In this document: positions 1-12,718 of the stretch, one piece after another | Layout of the letters: every line of letters starts with the position of its first letter | How positions within the stretch are numbered: position 1 is the first letter of the stretch | The notes under the pieces: generated by a model | What the model saw: the letters and a program-made list of their open reading frames with translations, nothing else | What the model was told of the DNA's origin: nothing | Database searches by the model: none | Origin: Lophium mytilinum | Taxonomy: Eukaryota | Assembly (NCBI GenBank): GCA_010093605.1 | Contig: MU004190.1 | Coordinates: forward strand, 310,001 to 374,000 | Direction of reading: 5' to 3' | DNA: 64,000 bases | Program-made: the position numbers and the translations under genes

Positions 1-708
1 GCCCTGCTGCATTATGCAGGTCCGAGTGCACCCTCAGTATCCCCAGTGAAGCAATTGCTGGTATCTACTTATCCACCGCCTGTGTGTCTCTACAGTATCG
101 AGGCAGCCGGAACACCATCCCTCTTTCGGATATCATGTTCCCTTAGCAGGACAAACATTTCTCAGCACACCCTTTTTAAACGGTGCGAGAACCTAGGCAC
201 CCGAGTGTTTGTCAGGCAGAAGCAATAGGGGCTCAGACGCCTTGGAGGTTGCGGCTCCGGAGGTTGCGGTTCTATTACTTCGGAAGTTGAGGGCATCTGT
301 CTCCGAGAACTGCTCCAGCTGTCTGGCCTGGCCATATGCAGGGCATTGGCTACAGGGACCCCGCACCCGCATATTCACGAATTAAGCTTCTGATTCATAT
401 AGTCAGTTTTCATTTTCATGTTTGCGTAGAAACGATACTGATAGAGGTCGAATCGGGACTCGTTGATCACGTGACACTATCGAGACGAGGTAACCAGACG
501 CCATGCTCTCCCATCAGGCTTTCCCGTCTCCAATCCCGCAAAGGAACGAGGCCAACGCCATGCTATCAAGCAATTCTTCCACCCTCCCCTTTCCATCTCG
601 CTATCAAGAATATACAAATTATGACCCTAAGATGATCGACAATGAGCTACTGCGCTCCACACTTTGGGAGCAACGCAGAGCCTCATTGCTTCCTTCAGTA
701 CCAGTGCC

Positions 709-3179
709 TCATCTGTAGAACCCCTCATCTCCGTCTCCCTGCCCTGCTCCTGCGCCAGCTTCCTGCCCTCTTGGTGTCCAGCCCGCCGCATACGGGCCTG
801 TGCGTCCAGGCGGCTGATACGCTTGATAGCCCGCGCCCGGTGGTGGCGGCGAACTTGGCACTCCCGGCGGCGCATGCGATGGCGGATTTGGGTGCCCATA
901 GGGATCTGAGGGAGGCTGCTGAGGGGAATATACGTCATCGTAAGGGGCCCCTGCGGCAGGAGGCTGCTGTTGAGGGGGGTATCCTGGTGGTGGTAGATTC
1001 GCAGGATGCTGGCTTTGAGCGACATTTGATGGTGCGTAGCCTTCGTAGCCAGCCACAGATGCTGGAGGAGGCTGGCCTTGACCTGGTGGTGGGGCTTGGC
1101 CCGGGAGGAAGCTGGCGCGGTTGTCAATTGGGGAGTCGTAGTGGCCTGTGGCGAGTTCCTGGGGTCCGAAGGTTGATTGGGGCCGGCCTTGGCCTACTCG
1201 CAATGGCTGCGCATAGGGGTCTGCTTGAGGTTTCGGGCTGGTTCGTTGTGGCTGTGGCTGCTGTCCTGGAGGGACCATGAAGAACGCTGGGCCCGTGGGT
1301 TGGCCAGTTGGGTATTGCGAGGGGGGCTCTGATGGAGCGCCTGGTGGTGGCCCGCTGTAGAACCGGCCTGGATCTTGAGGGGGGCTTTGTGGAGGATATC
1401 CCGGTGCTCCTTGCGGTGCTCCATACGCAGCCTGTGGGGGTGGTGCGCCGTATCCGTATGCAGGCCGGCCATACGAAGGCTGTGAGGGTTGTGACATTGA
1501 CGCTTCGAGGAGCGACTCGTAGTCGCGACGGGCCTTGATGAACTTTTCGTTGAGCTGGGTGAAGTCATCTAAAATGATGTTAGCTCGGTCTCCCTCTAAT
1601 ACGTCAGATCAATTACCCTTCTTCTGTGAGTATTTCCCGATGAGTTCAATCAACTTCGGCCGTATCGCCAGTGTTGAATGGTACAGACTCTAAATCTCGG
1701 TCAGTGACAACGCTACAGCAATGGCTTTCACAAGGTCCCGTACCGTGATCTCCTCGTTGTCTCTCGCATCGCCATCTCCTGCTCTTGAACTTGTGCTCAA
1801 TAATGCTAGCAGCTTTTCCACATTTCTAATTTGTGCGAACACCTCAGCCTCCATCTGTGCCTCCCTCTCTAGCTCTTCTTTGGTAGGGTCCTGCAGCTTC
1901 TCCACATAGTTCAGTGGGAAGATGCCCGTTTGGCCCCTCAGGGATCCCTTCCACCAATCCTTGTATACCGACTCAAGAACGGCGATGATGTCTCCCTTGC
2001 GGAATTGTAATTCGCCAGGCTCGGAGGGTTGAAAGTCGAACAGGCCTCGCACACGTGACACGGTTGCGGCTGTGGTCCCCGACGGTAGTGGTGTTGAGCT
2101 TTGTTGGGTAGGCTGGGAGCTTGCGTCGCCACCTGTTGGGGCATTTGACTTTGCAGCTGATGGCGCTAAAGATGCCTTGTCCTTTATCGAGAGTGCTAGT
2201 GCCATTTGAAGCTCTTCCTCCTCCTTTTGACGGTCGGTGTCCGTAATTTGTGTTTTCTGGGGCTTGGAGGGCGCTCTAAGGTTGGGGTCTGATTCAAATG
2301 TCAGCTACTACGCCATGCAAAGACGCGCCATTGCAGGGACTCGCGTCTCGAGAGCGATGTGACATACTCTGTGATTTAAGTTTCATGTAAGCTCCCTGCA
2401 TGATGCCTAGATCCGGGTCTTTGGCGAACATTTCACTCCACTCGGCCATTCGCTCTAAAATCTTAGCTTTGACTTGCTGGTGGGTATTCTGTTCAAGTCA
2501 TTAGCCCATTATAGTGCAACTATCTTCGTGCCAGCCTGACGCCCGACCAAATAGGTGTTCAAGCGCTGTGGCAAGGTTGGAACATACCCTGTCTGCAGCC
2601 AGCCTCAGGAGCGCTTCCGTGAAGCTCCTGCTAGCTAGTTCTTTGTGCATGTTGACTCCGCAGTTCTGGCTCAGCGCATTTGCTAGCTCCAGCGTGTAAA
2701 GTTGCACGTTGGCATTGCGATGCGCCAGGCGCTTGATCATGGCCGCAACGGCATCTTTCGCGCCCGACTCCTGCGATCCCACTTTGTCGCAGACATCCTA
2801 AAGACCTCACATGTCAGCTCTTCTGTCCATATCAATCCATAGTATAATCCCGCGTTCTCCCTAGCACGATAGGCGGCGTGTACGGTACGCAATCGAGGGT
2901 ATCGGAACGTGTAGTGGGGAGTGTGACGCCGGGATCGGAGGTAGTGCATACCAGTATGTACTCCCAGTTCTCGCTGGTCAGGTTCTCGTCGGTGGCCTTG
3001 ACTACAGGGACGGCGCATTAGCAGATGCTCACTAGGCTCGAATGACAACATTGAAGTCCGACACTTCAAGCGGATAGCTTCGTGAGGGACCGCAGTCTAA
3101 TCAAACGACTCCCTCCTATTCACTACGAGAAGCACTCACCGACGACATCATCAAAGACGTTCTGCTGAGCTCGGAACAT
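709..3179 (-). CDS. HSE1: ESCRT-0 subunit Hse1/STAM (VHS, UIM, SH3, GAT, Pro/Gln-rich tail); 7 exons
   Basis: GT-AG exons 3179-3140, 3001-2952, 2797-2588, 2488-2368, 2288-1744, 1689-1617, 1568-709 give MFRAQQNVFDDVVVKATDENLTSENWEYILDVCDKV (VHS), EEEELQMALALS (UIM), VRGLFDFQPSEPGELQFRKGDIIAVLESVYKDWWKG...GIFPLNYV (SH3) and a P/Q/Y-rich C-terminus. Confidence 0.95.
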
Positions 3180-4248
3180 GCTTCCAGATCTCAACGTCTT
3201 CAGTTGACCTATTCGCCCCACGAAGCGCTCTTCTCCGGGTATTGTAGTCGAAACGTGGCGATAGATTGCGGTGGTAGTAGGGCGGGAATGTTGGTGAGGT
3301 TCGAAGGCAATATAACGTAGTGGACAGTAGGTAGGATTTAGGAACGAGAGAGTGCAGCAGTTGCTACCTAGACGTCGAAGCTGCGGTATTGCGCCTCGAA
3401 CCCGCATCTTAGCGCGGGCCCAAGCCTTGGCAGATCAACGTCACCAGGCTGCGTCAGCAGGGCGCCTCTCCAATTCACCATGTTCATCGCCACAGGTGAG
3501 ACCGCGAATATTACCGCTTAGGACGCAGCGGCCTAAGTACGACATCATGGCTGTTGCATTCGAGCACTTCATGGTTGAATTGACATTTTGCATTCAACGC
3601 CTGCAACGAAGAGTAGGATGACTCCGCTAAGACGTTGTTCTTGCTACGAGCAATTCTGTTTTCGAGTGCCAGAAACGAAGCTTGCCCCCCTTTTAGTGTG
3701 ATGAACCTTTGTATAATCGTGGCGTTGAGGTCACTACTCCAGCATACTACATGGACGTCGAAAAAATGATCTGCCCTTCATCGTGGACATACCTTCTCAT
3801 CCTCAGCCTCCTATTGCACGTGCCCTTTAATATATTGAACCAGATCTGTCCAAGACTATCCAGTATTCTCCTCGTCTTCTCTAATCCTGTTACGAAGAAC
3901 CTTTTCGTTGAGTATAGCCTCCGCAGTCTTGAACAGTACTCTGTTCCCGGATAAATCACTCCACAACATGGTAAATCATCCAGTGGCGTCTCAACTCTCC
4001 GAAACGATGTCACTCGTATTGGTACTGGGTGAAGCAGACGGCCTTGGTATTGGTGTGTGAAGTAAGATCCGAACCACGACGAACCTATCTACATTGTGAT
4101 ACTGCACCACATAATACAGCCCCATACTCATTTCTCTTAGCTTCGAAAAACACCTAGCGCTCAAGGCCTCCGACATTAGCATTGAGCGTTGTCGGACCCA
4201 TCAAAACCGTCTTGCCTAGGCGTCTGCAGGAGAGAGCAGATACTAAAT

Positions 4249-5106
4249 CTAGAGCCGTCTTCTTTTTGCTTCTCTTCCGCCATCCGTCTCTAGCTCTCTC
4301 TTCTTCACCTGCTCTATATCTATCTCCGCTCGTCTGGCCGATACCTCTTGAAAGTATCCATTCCAGAGTTGATGGTCAGACGAGCAACCGATCATAGGCC
4401 ACCATCCAGCCAGCTTTGTACGAGCCATCGCATTCAGCTGGCTTTCTGGTAGCTTGCCAATAGTTTCAATCCGTACTTTCCTATCCATGATATCCGCAAA
4501 CAACCATTGTTTCTTCGGTGAAGGTGTCCTAGGCCATCTACGAACGTTCTGCATGAGGTAGGAGAGTATATGTTCCGATAAGGCGTACTAGAACTTCTCT
4601 TGTTGTTCGTCAACAGAGTTCCTGCCTTCTGGCCAAGCTTCTGCGATAGCTTTCAGCTGCTTCGGTGGCATAGTAGTATCGAACAATAGCTTCTCGACAG
4701 TCCTGGGAAGCCTTTGGAAAGCGTAGTCGTTGAGATCGTTCTGGTACAGGAGATTTTGGATAGGTCCCATGTCGACCAAGGGTGGTGGTGGGGCATCGTC
4801 GAGGAAGCACTGGAGTCGGACCTCCCGGATGTTCGACCATGTGCGATTCGAAGAAGCTGCTCGCAGGTCGAAGTGTCTCTGGAAAGGGACGAAACCCCGC
4901 ATTCCAGCGCTGTTTTTGACTAGAGCCTTGGTGGTTCCCTCGGGAAGCCAGCTTACAAGCGCTTCCTTGATGTCTGTGTCCAACTGCCTGCAGATCCCGC
5001 GTGGAGCTTGCACACGGTAGTCGCTATTCTTGAATTCGACGTGGAACGTCTCGGAGATGATTTGCTGGCGGATCTCGGCGGGCAGCGCGAGAAGAGGTGA
5101 AGTCAT
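4249..5106 (-). pseudogene. F-box-like family paralog 1, interrupted by an in-frame TAG
   Basis: ORFs 5106-4588 and 4554-4249 are in one frame, separated by TAG (4590-4588) plus 11 sense codons. The stop aligns with the Trp of FW in both paralogs, and the downstream IETIGKLPESQ aligns with IGSFPKSQ and IETKGRFPPSH. Confidence 0.8.
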
Positions 5107-5548
5107 AGTGTCGCAATGTCTTCTGGAGGGATGCTTGTAGAGTTGATGGCGGTGTGAACCGGTGATGAAACGATATTTGATTGTAGTCGTGGTGTGTCGT
5201 GTCCGTAAGGTGTTTTGTGACGTAAGAAAACCAAGAAAGCGTAGACGAGAGAAGGCTTGACAGAGGTGGAAGGCCTTTCACCACGGTGAACAGCGGTTGT
5301 GCTTAGGGCATGTTTCACGGGTCTGCAGCGGATTGGCGGGTGGTGAGGAAACGGTACGCTTGAATTCACCTCCGGATCAACAGCTCGGATACAAATGGCA
5401 GGTAATTATCCCTTCTCTCACTCCTTGTACCAAAACGCCTCCATCACCCCCACTAAACTCCTACTATCACCACCACTCCACCTCTTCAACACTTTCCACG
5501 CTCTGCAGCACGGTGTCGCTCAACCCACGTGCTATCCCCGATCCGGCA

Positions 5549-6565
5549 ATGGAGCCCTCAGCTCTGCTCGCCCTCCCCGCCGAGGTTCGACAACAAATTC
5601 TTTGCGAGGCCCTTAACGATTCCACTCCTTCCCTCGTATTCGAGAAGCAGATCACAACTGTGACCCCCCTTAACGACATCTGCAAACTCCTCCGAGCAGA
5701 CGTCGACGAATTGAGCAAGAGCTGGACACCCGAGCCAGGAACCACCAAAGTCATCGTCAAATCCGACGAAGGGCTACATAAGCTCGCAGATTTTCACCGC
5801 CGCTGCACCGAGCGCGCAGCCGCGGAAGGCCGTCGATGGACTGGTTTCAAGGAAATCCAAATCCCGTGCATCCGCAATGTGATTGGTCGAGGAGGTCTCA
5901 AGTCTATCCCACCGGTATCTCGGGAAGCTATCAACCCGCTCAAGGACTGGGACATCGCGGCACTCCCTCCTACCGTCAAGAAGATAACTTTCGATCTCAC
6001 GATGCCGCGGAGGCTGCTGAAGGCGCTCGAGAAGTGGATCCCCGTCCCCAAAGAGCCCTGCGATCCACCTCCCAAGGAATTGGAGAGGTTCTGGGCCATA
6101 CTCATCTCGAGAATTGGTGACAACATCACTTGCATGGATGCCAATTTGATTGCAGCAGGCAGAAGAAAGCGGCTAATTCACCAGTCGCAGAGAGACAGGA
6201 ACACAGGTGTGGCGTTCGCATCTATCGGAAGCTTTCCAAAGAGCCAGACCAACGCAGTGCTTCTCTCTACATATGAGGTTCTTTCAACCGGTGGCTACTT
6301 CGAATATGAAGCTTATAGTCAACCTACTAGATCGTTTTTCACTGAATACTTCAAGAGCTTGCGGGGGGCGCGTATGTCTTACCACTTCGATATGGAGAAC
6401 AAGCGGGAGGCCTTGTCGAATGAGCGGGCGGCTTTGGCGAATGATCGGGCGGCTATGGCGAGGGTTGAACGGCTTGTGGAACAAAAGAATAAGATCGTGC
6501 GGCAGGTGGAGAAGTTGCAAGAGAAGGTCAAGAAGATTGAGAAGAAGATGTCTGGTCAGAAGTAA
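5549..6565 (+). CDS. F-box-like family paralog 2, intronless, coiled-coil C-terminus
   Basis: First ATG at 5549 gives MEPSALLALPAEVRQQIL, aligning with the N-termini of the two paralogs; shared WxPE-(G)TTK, LPxTVxKxxxDxTMP and FW motifs. Confidence 0.85.
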   Translation: MEPSALLALPAEVRQQILCEALNDSTPSLVFEKQITTVTPLNDICKLLRADVDELSKSWTPEPGTTKVIVKSDEGLHKLADFHRRCTERAAAEGRRWTGFKEIQIPCIRNVIGRGGLKSIPPVSREAINPLKDWDIAALPPTVKKITFDLTMPRRLLKALEKWIPVPKEPCDPPPKELERFWAILISRIGDNITCMDANLIAAGRRKRLIHQSQRDRNTGVAFASIGSFPKSQTNAVLLSTYEVLSTGGYFEYEAYSQPTRSFFTEYFKSLRGARMSYHFDMENKREALSNERAALANDRAAMARVERLVEQKNKIVRQVEKLQEKVKKIEKKMSGQK

Positions 6566-7581
6566 GGCTGCGGCTGCGAGACATGTTGGATGCAGGCGCT
6601 AGGATCATGATGGATAAGCCTTGTATCCGAATACTCCCCGGGCGGCTTCAGCCCTAGTATTATAGTACGTCTGCTTTCGCCTGAGCAATGCTTTGAGCTG
6701 AATTCTCTTCTGCGTTAGCTTCATTGCGACGAGAAGGTGCTTTCCCACACTTCTTGGCCTTTTCAGCTTTCTCGTACTCTCAGTTACAGTAAACTTCTAC
6801 ACCAATTCATTCTACTTACGAAGAACCCTGGTCGTGATTGAATATCTGGTATTGCTACGCTGGCATGCATAGTCACGTGACTTATATTAACTCGTCGTAC
6901 TCAAGATCATATAAAAAGTTGTCTTGAATCTATAGTAAGCAGTTGGGAGGCCCCTTAACTTCCAGAACAGTGAGTGTGATGAGGACGAAGTTCCACCCGG
7001 GAGGTATATACAATGCACTGAATGATGTTAGAACAGACAGCCATATCTCCTTAACAAAATTGAAACAATGCTTCTTGTTATCTAGAGGTGAAATTTGTGC
7101 CCGCTTGGCTCTTAGACTGGCTCAATTTTGACAGTTTTGCTGTTTAGAAATGAATGAATGATTGAGCATCTCGTATCTGAAAGTTTGATAGCTCAAAGAT
7201 GTGCTTCTGTCTTCTTCAATCGCAAGCGGAGGATACTATTTGTTGCAGGGAGTTTGCAGAATCGGACTTTATTGTACAGAAACGATGCACGTTGGCAGTT
7301 TTTCAGCAAAGTCTGACGTGCATATTCTCATCCCGGCGGTTCTTAAGTGGGAACTTAGCTTGTGATGATGCTTCGTCTATTGATATGAGAGTATAAACTA
7401 ATAATGCGAACTCGTCAAGAGTGTCGAGCAACAAATGTTTAAGCCCCACGGGCGTGTTGTACCGACTTGAGGCCATTGGATCAACACTGCTCCTCCGTGA
7501 CCAAAACTAGCCTCCATCCTTCACGATCCCGCCCACCAACCCAATCCAGCAGCCCCACCCGACCCATTCCCACAAAATCTG

Positions 7582-7652
7582 CCGTACCGCGATTGGGGGG
7601 TACGCGACGGGGAACTTTGGCCGGCCTTATATAGATCTAAGTTAAAAATAAA
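7582..7652 (+). repeat. Left TIR of the large DNA transposon
   Basis: Inverted match to 26475-26545 with few mismatches. Confidence 0.92.
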
Positions 7653-8999
7653 CCTTTCTAGCACCTTAAATTTACCTTTACGTGATTTATATACTATATT
7701 TACTTTAGATATATTTACTATAAATAAGGATTAGGGTAGTATTAGTCTTAAAGCTAAAAATAACTTAAGATAGACTTAGGGAAAAAAATGCCTTAGAAAT
7801 ATTTCGTCTTATATGTAATTTTTAAGAAGCTAGATTATTACTATCTATAACTATACTCTAGAGTAAAATAATACTATAGAGTTACTTTATAATAGTCTAA
7901 TCTTTATAGTAAATTTATTAAATAGTAAGATTTACCTAAAGATAGAATTTTAATAAAGATATACTATAGTAGAGCCCTTAATTAAGTATTATCTATAATT
8001 AACCTATATCTAGTATATTCTTAAAAAAAGGCGTACTTAACTTATAAGCTTATATAAGATACTTCTATAGAATGCCTTTAAATAAAGATTAGACGCAAGA
8101 AATCCTCTTATACCTAATAGCCTAGAGATGCGTTTAAGAGAGTTTTAAAATCCCTAATTATAGCGGTGCCTTAAGTATATACCCCTAATTTTAGAATTAT
8201 AATTATAGCTTTAAAGTTAAGTATATATATAATAAGTTAATTAAAATATTATAATATATTTATTTTATATAATTATTACTACATAATATAGAAGGTCTAG
8301 AAACTACCTAGATAAAGTATAGTATATAATAAGAGATGCTGCGCTTTTTATTACATATCTTAATACTAATTAATACTGCCGCCTAGGGGTATATATTTAT
8401 GCTTAGATGCCTAAGTACTTAAGTAGTTTAAAAAGAAATAGAAATATATTAAAAGAAGCTATACTAGAGTATTATATCTAAGAAAACTACTACCTAAGAA
8501 AACTACCTAGAAAATTCTACTCTATATTAGATGGCCCTTACTATATATATATACTAATAATAGGCTTATAGAATAAGTAAGGTAAATTAGCTAAAAGTTT
8601 AAGACCTAAAACTAACTTAGGGGCGTTCCGGCCGGGGCAAGATACTATATTATTTATCGCTAGTTAGATTATAGTCCTTAGTTGCACCGGCCTTAGTCTT
8701 AGAACTAAACTCTTAGCGGGCCTTAATTACTAAATTATAGAAATAGATATTATAGTAATCTTTATATATACCTATATACTTAAAGAACTTTATAAGATTT
8801 ATATTACTATTAAGGTAGTTATAAAGGGATAACTTATTATTATTTTAATTAATATTTAACTTAATATAGCTATAGATATTAGCGTAGATATCTAGTACTA
8901 TTAGAACCTATCTAGAAGTCTTAAAAATTATAAGGAATAATATACTCTATATAAACTAATTAATAATAGAATAGAACTCTATAATTAAAATCTACCCGC

Positions 9000-10275
9000 T
9001 AAAAAAAGAGAATATAAATTTAAAGTTCTTAATTATATAGTTTATTTAAAAGTACTCTAGTATATATTACTAGCATTTCTATAGTTTAAGATTTTTATCT
9101 AATTAGAGTAGGGCTATAATATAGGCCTTTAAATATATTTAGTAATTATATATAAGTATATATAGAGGAAACTTACTTTACCTATAACTAGAAATATATA
9201 TTACTAGTTAGAATAATTCTTCTTAATCTTCTTACAGCACTTAAATATTATCTTTAAACTTAGATTCTCTAGATTCTAGTTCTTCCTATAAGCCCGCGTA
9301 ATAATTATATCTTACTTAGTATAATAGTACTATTAACTAAATACTTAATATATTTTAGTTTTAAGGCGCTTAAAGAACCTCTTTATAGTATCTTTATATA
9401 AGTTAAGGTCTAGGTTATTATAATCTAGTTCTAGGGAGGGTAGGCCTATTATATAAGAATTAGTAGGCCGGGGAGTATTCTTTCTAGAAGGCTTTATAGT
9501 TTTTATAGGCCGGAGGCGGAAGGTTAGCTTAGGTAATAGAGTACTAGTGTTAGCCTCTTTTTTTATATTATTAGCGTTATCTAGTAGTATTTTAACTAGT
9601 ATTTTAATCTTAGAAAGCCTCTATAATACTAATCTACTAAGTTAGGGGTTAATTTTATAGCGCAGGCCTTATACTATACTAGCTTATATTAACTTAAAGA
9701 TAGATATCTATATAGCTATTTTTTTCTTATCTATCTTATCTTTATCTAGATTTTACTTTTCTAATTTAGAGTTTCTATAGAGAAGTAGATTATCTACCTT
9801 CTTATCTATAGTTTTAAGCTCTTACCTAGTTTAAGTATAAGCTAGAACCTATATAGATATAGATATATTTCTAGCTACTAAATTCTTCTAGGTTAAATAA
9901 CTCTAGAGTATTTAGAAGTCTAGGTCTACTATTCTAGATTACAACCTAGTATTTATTATAAGGGCAGGGCGCTTAAAGAGAGAGGTAGTCTTTTTTAAAG
10001 TAGGTATTATTATCTTTAGCTTAGGCATCTTTAACTTTATAGATAGAATTAAAGTCTTAGATTTTAGAGTTAGCTTTAGAGCCTTAGACTTTAGAAAAGG
10101 CTTTAGGGCCTTAGGCTTTATAACCTTCTTTAGTAGCTAGAAGAGTTAGTTAAGTTTATTATATATTTAAGTTAGATTCTTACTATAGTTAGTTCTTTAG
10201 CGGCCTTACGCTTTATAGCCGTGCCTAGTAACTAAGATAGAGGCGATGCCTCGCTGTTTAATAGAGTAGCTATAG
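9000..10275 (-). pseudogene. RIP-degraded ORF of unknown function inside the DNA transposon
   Basis: Minus strand reads ATLLNSEASPLS..GTAIKRKAAKE, then KPKALKPFLKSKALKLTLKSK (de-RIP: KPKAPKPSPKPKAPKP) and a charged helical-looking region. Ends approximate. Confidence 0.45.
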
Positions 10276-10921
10276 TTTAGCGGTAGATAGAAATATAATT
10301 AAAGATAATTAAAGTATAATTTACCTTACTAGCTAGCCTATATATTAGGCTACTTAATAAGAGTAAGATATAATTAAATAGAATAGGGGTTATAGTAGTT
10401 AGTAGATAGAAAGTAGTTAGTTATAGGGTGCAGGTTATATAGAATTACAAGAGCATAATTAGAAGTAGGTAAGATTAGATAATATAGAACCTTCTAAAGA
10501 GACATTAAAGTTAGTTTAAAAATTATTCTAATTTAAAAAATATTATAGGATATCTTTAAGATTACTATATAATATTATATATATCTTAGTATATATATAT
10601 AGTTAGAATTATAGTTAGGCTTATATATAGAATTATAGTTAAAATAGTAAGGCGGCGTTATATAATAGTTATATAATAGAAACTTATAGTTACTTCTTAA
10701 GAGATAAGTATATATAATCTAAGATAGGATTATATAAGGTTACTTAAGATAAAACCCCCTAGGGCGGGGATCTAAGTAGGTAGATAGTTAAGTAAGGTAG
10801 AATAAGATAGAAATAAATATCTAAAGTTATATTAGATATATATTACTTAAATATATCTCTAACTATCTAAGTAACCTTCTATTTAATATAACCTTAGACC
10901 TAAATATTTTAGATAGTATAT

Positions 10922-11395
10922 TTTTAAACTATTTTTTATATATAATTTCTATACCCTCTAAATTAGTATATTATTACTATATAATTTCCAACTACTTTAA
11001 ATTAGCCCCTTATTACTATACTATTTCTAGCCACTTTAAATTAGGCCCTTTAAGCTATTAAATTTCTAACTATTTTAAATTAGATTACTTTTACTATTGA
11101 ATTTCTAACTACTCTAAATTAGGTTGCTTTTACTATTAAATTTCTAACTACTCTAAATTAGGTTATCTTTACTATTAAATTTCCAACCCCTTTAAATTAG
11201 AGCGCTTTACTTATTTAATTTCTAGACACTTTATATTAGGTTATTCTTACTATCTAATTGCTAGGCACTTTAAATTAGGTTATTCTAGCTATCTAATTTT
11301 TAACTACTTTAGATTAGGCTACTATAGTTATTTAATTTCTAGGCACTTTATATTAGAGCATTTTTAAAGTATATTTTCTAAGCGCTTTATATTAG
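10922..11395. repeat. Degenerate 39-bp tandem array, ~12 units
   Basis: (A/T/G)ATTAG recurs at 10961, 11000, 11039, 11078, 11117, 11156, 11195, 11234, 11273, 11312, 11351 and 11390; example unit AATTAGGTTGCTTTTACTATTAAATTTCTAACTACTCTA. Confidence 0.9.
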
Positions 11396-12518
11396 AACCT
11401 TAGAAAATAGTAATTTAAAATACCCCTAAGTCTAATATTATATATATAATACTAAGTTAGATTTTCTATATACTAGGCGGTTATAACTCTAGATTACCCC
11501 GCTAAATACTAAGACGCGTTTACGTATTTACTCTATTACTAAATACTATAGCCTTATTAGCTATCTATAGGCTATACTTCTATAGATACTCTTTTATACT
11601 ATAGATTCTAATCTTAATACTAATATTCTTTACCTTTAGAGTTATTATACTAAGGTTAACTTTAGGTCTATTAGGCCTATTAATGCCGCTATATAAGAAG
11701 TAACCACCTTAGAGCTCTAACTCCCCTCCTTCTTCTATTTAAACCTTATAATTAAGTTATAAGAGAATACTTCCTTATATAAGCTATAAATCTCTACCTT
11801 TAATTAAAGAATAGATATATAGATAGTAAATAAATAATTAGATTAGTAGCCTAATTAGATACTATAATTATAAGGCTAATAACTTACTAGCATTTAAAGA
11901 GGACCCTAGGCTATAAGGCGGGGATTTAAATAAATATATAAAGATAGTTATTACTAATATTAACCTTATAAGTAATATAGATAATAGTAGCTAGTAGTTA
12001 AAAGAAGAGGTACTATATTTTAAGCTTATCTCTAATTCTAAAGACTTAGAATCTAGCTCTTCTTTAGATAAGGCATCTAAAACTAAAAATACTCTTAACC
12101 CTAATAAAATATCTACCGCTGCTATAACTTTCTCTATATTTTCTTCTTCTTTATCTTCTTCTTCTACTCCCTCTACTATAGTTAATAAGTTATAAGAAAT
12201 ACTATATAAAGTTTAAGATAGAGATATAAACTCTTTCTATTTTACTCTCTATCTACTCTTTAACTCTATAGAAATCTTATAGAAGTATTATACTGCGTTT
12301 TAATAGCTTATTATAAGCCTTAAGAATCTTAAATTCCTCTATACTCTTCTAGCTTATATTAAGTAGCTCTGCAATTAGGCTAGGTTCTAGCTACCTCTTA
12401 TTAGTATAAGATAATAGATATTAAAGCTAGACTAACTCTAGCTACTAACTAGTAAGACTCTATCTAAGAATATAGTATTCTTTAATATAGAGGATATACT
12501 AATAAAGTTTATAGTATT

Positions 12519-12718
12519 TATAATGGCTATATCCCGCTCTCCACGTAGGCGCGCAGCTTGCGCGCTATTATGTGAGCAGGCCGTTACGTGACCGCCGTTA
12601 GTCCGTGCGCCCTAGCCGAACTATAATCTTGGAGCTGGCGCCGCCCTAGCTCCTTGTAGATTCTTTCTAGTTATAATTAATAACCTATTTCCTACAACAC
12701 CCCTTTAGTTCTGTGACA
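12519..12718 (+). repeat. 5' LTR of G1
   Basis: Direct repeat of 20034-20233; TATAATGG (RIP of TGT) ... GTGACA. Confidence 0.95.

Noticed and set aside
627..1538. Overlapping ORFs such as 642-1280(+) and 627-1127(-)
   Set aside because: Antisense or alternate-frame shadows of the GC-rich last exon of HSE1.
3747..4182. Two short minus-strand ORFs downstream of paralog 1
   Set aside because: No recognisable motif or convincing start; a gene relic is possible but unsupported.
5297..5548. N-terminal extension of the 422-aa ORF
   Set aside because: Non-ATG start; homology with the paralogs begins at ATG 5549.
10922..11395. CRISPR array
   Set aside because: Eukaryotic context, no cas genes, and units are homologous throughout with no unique spacers.
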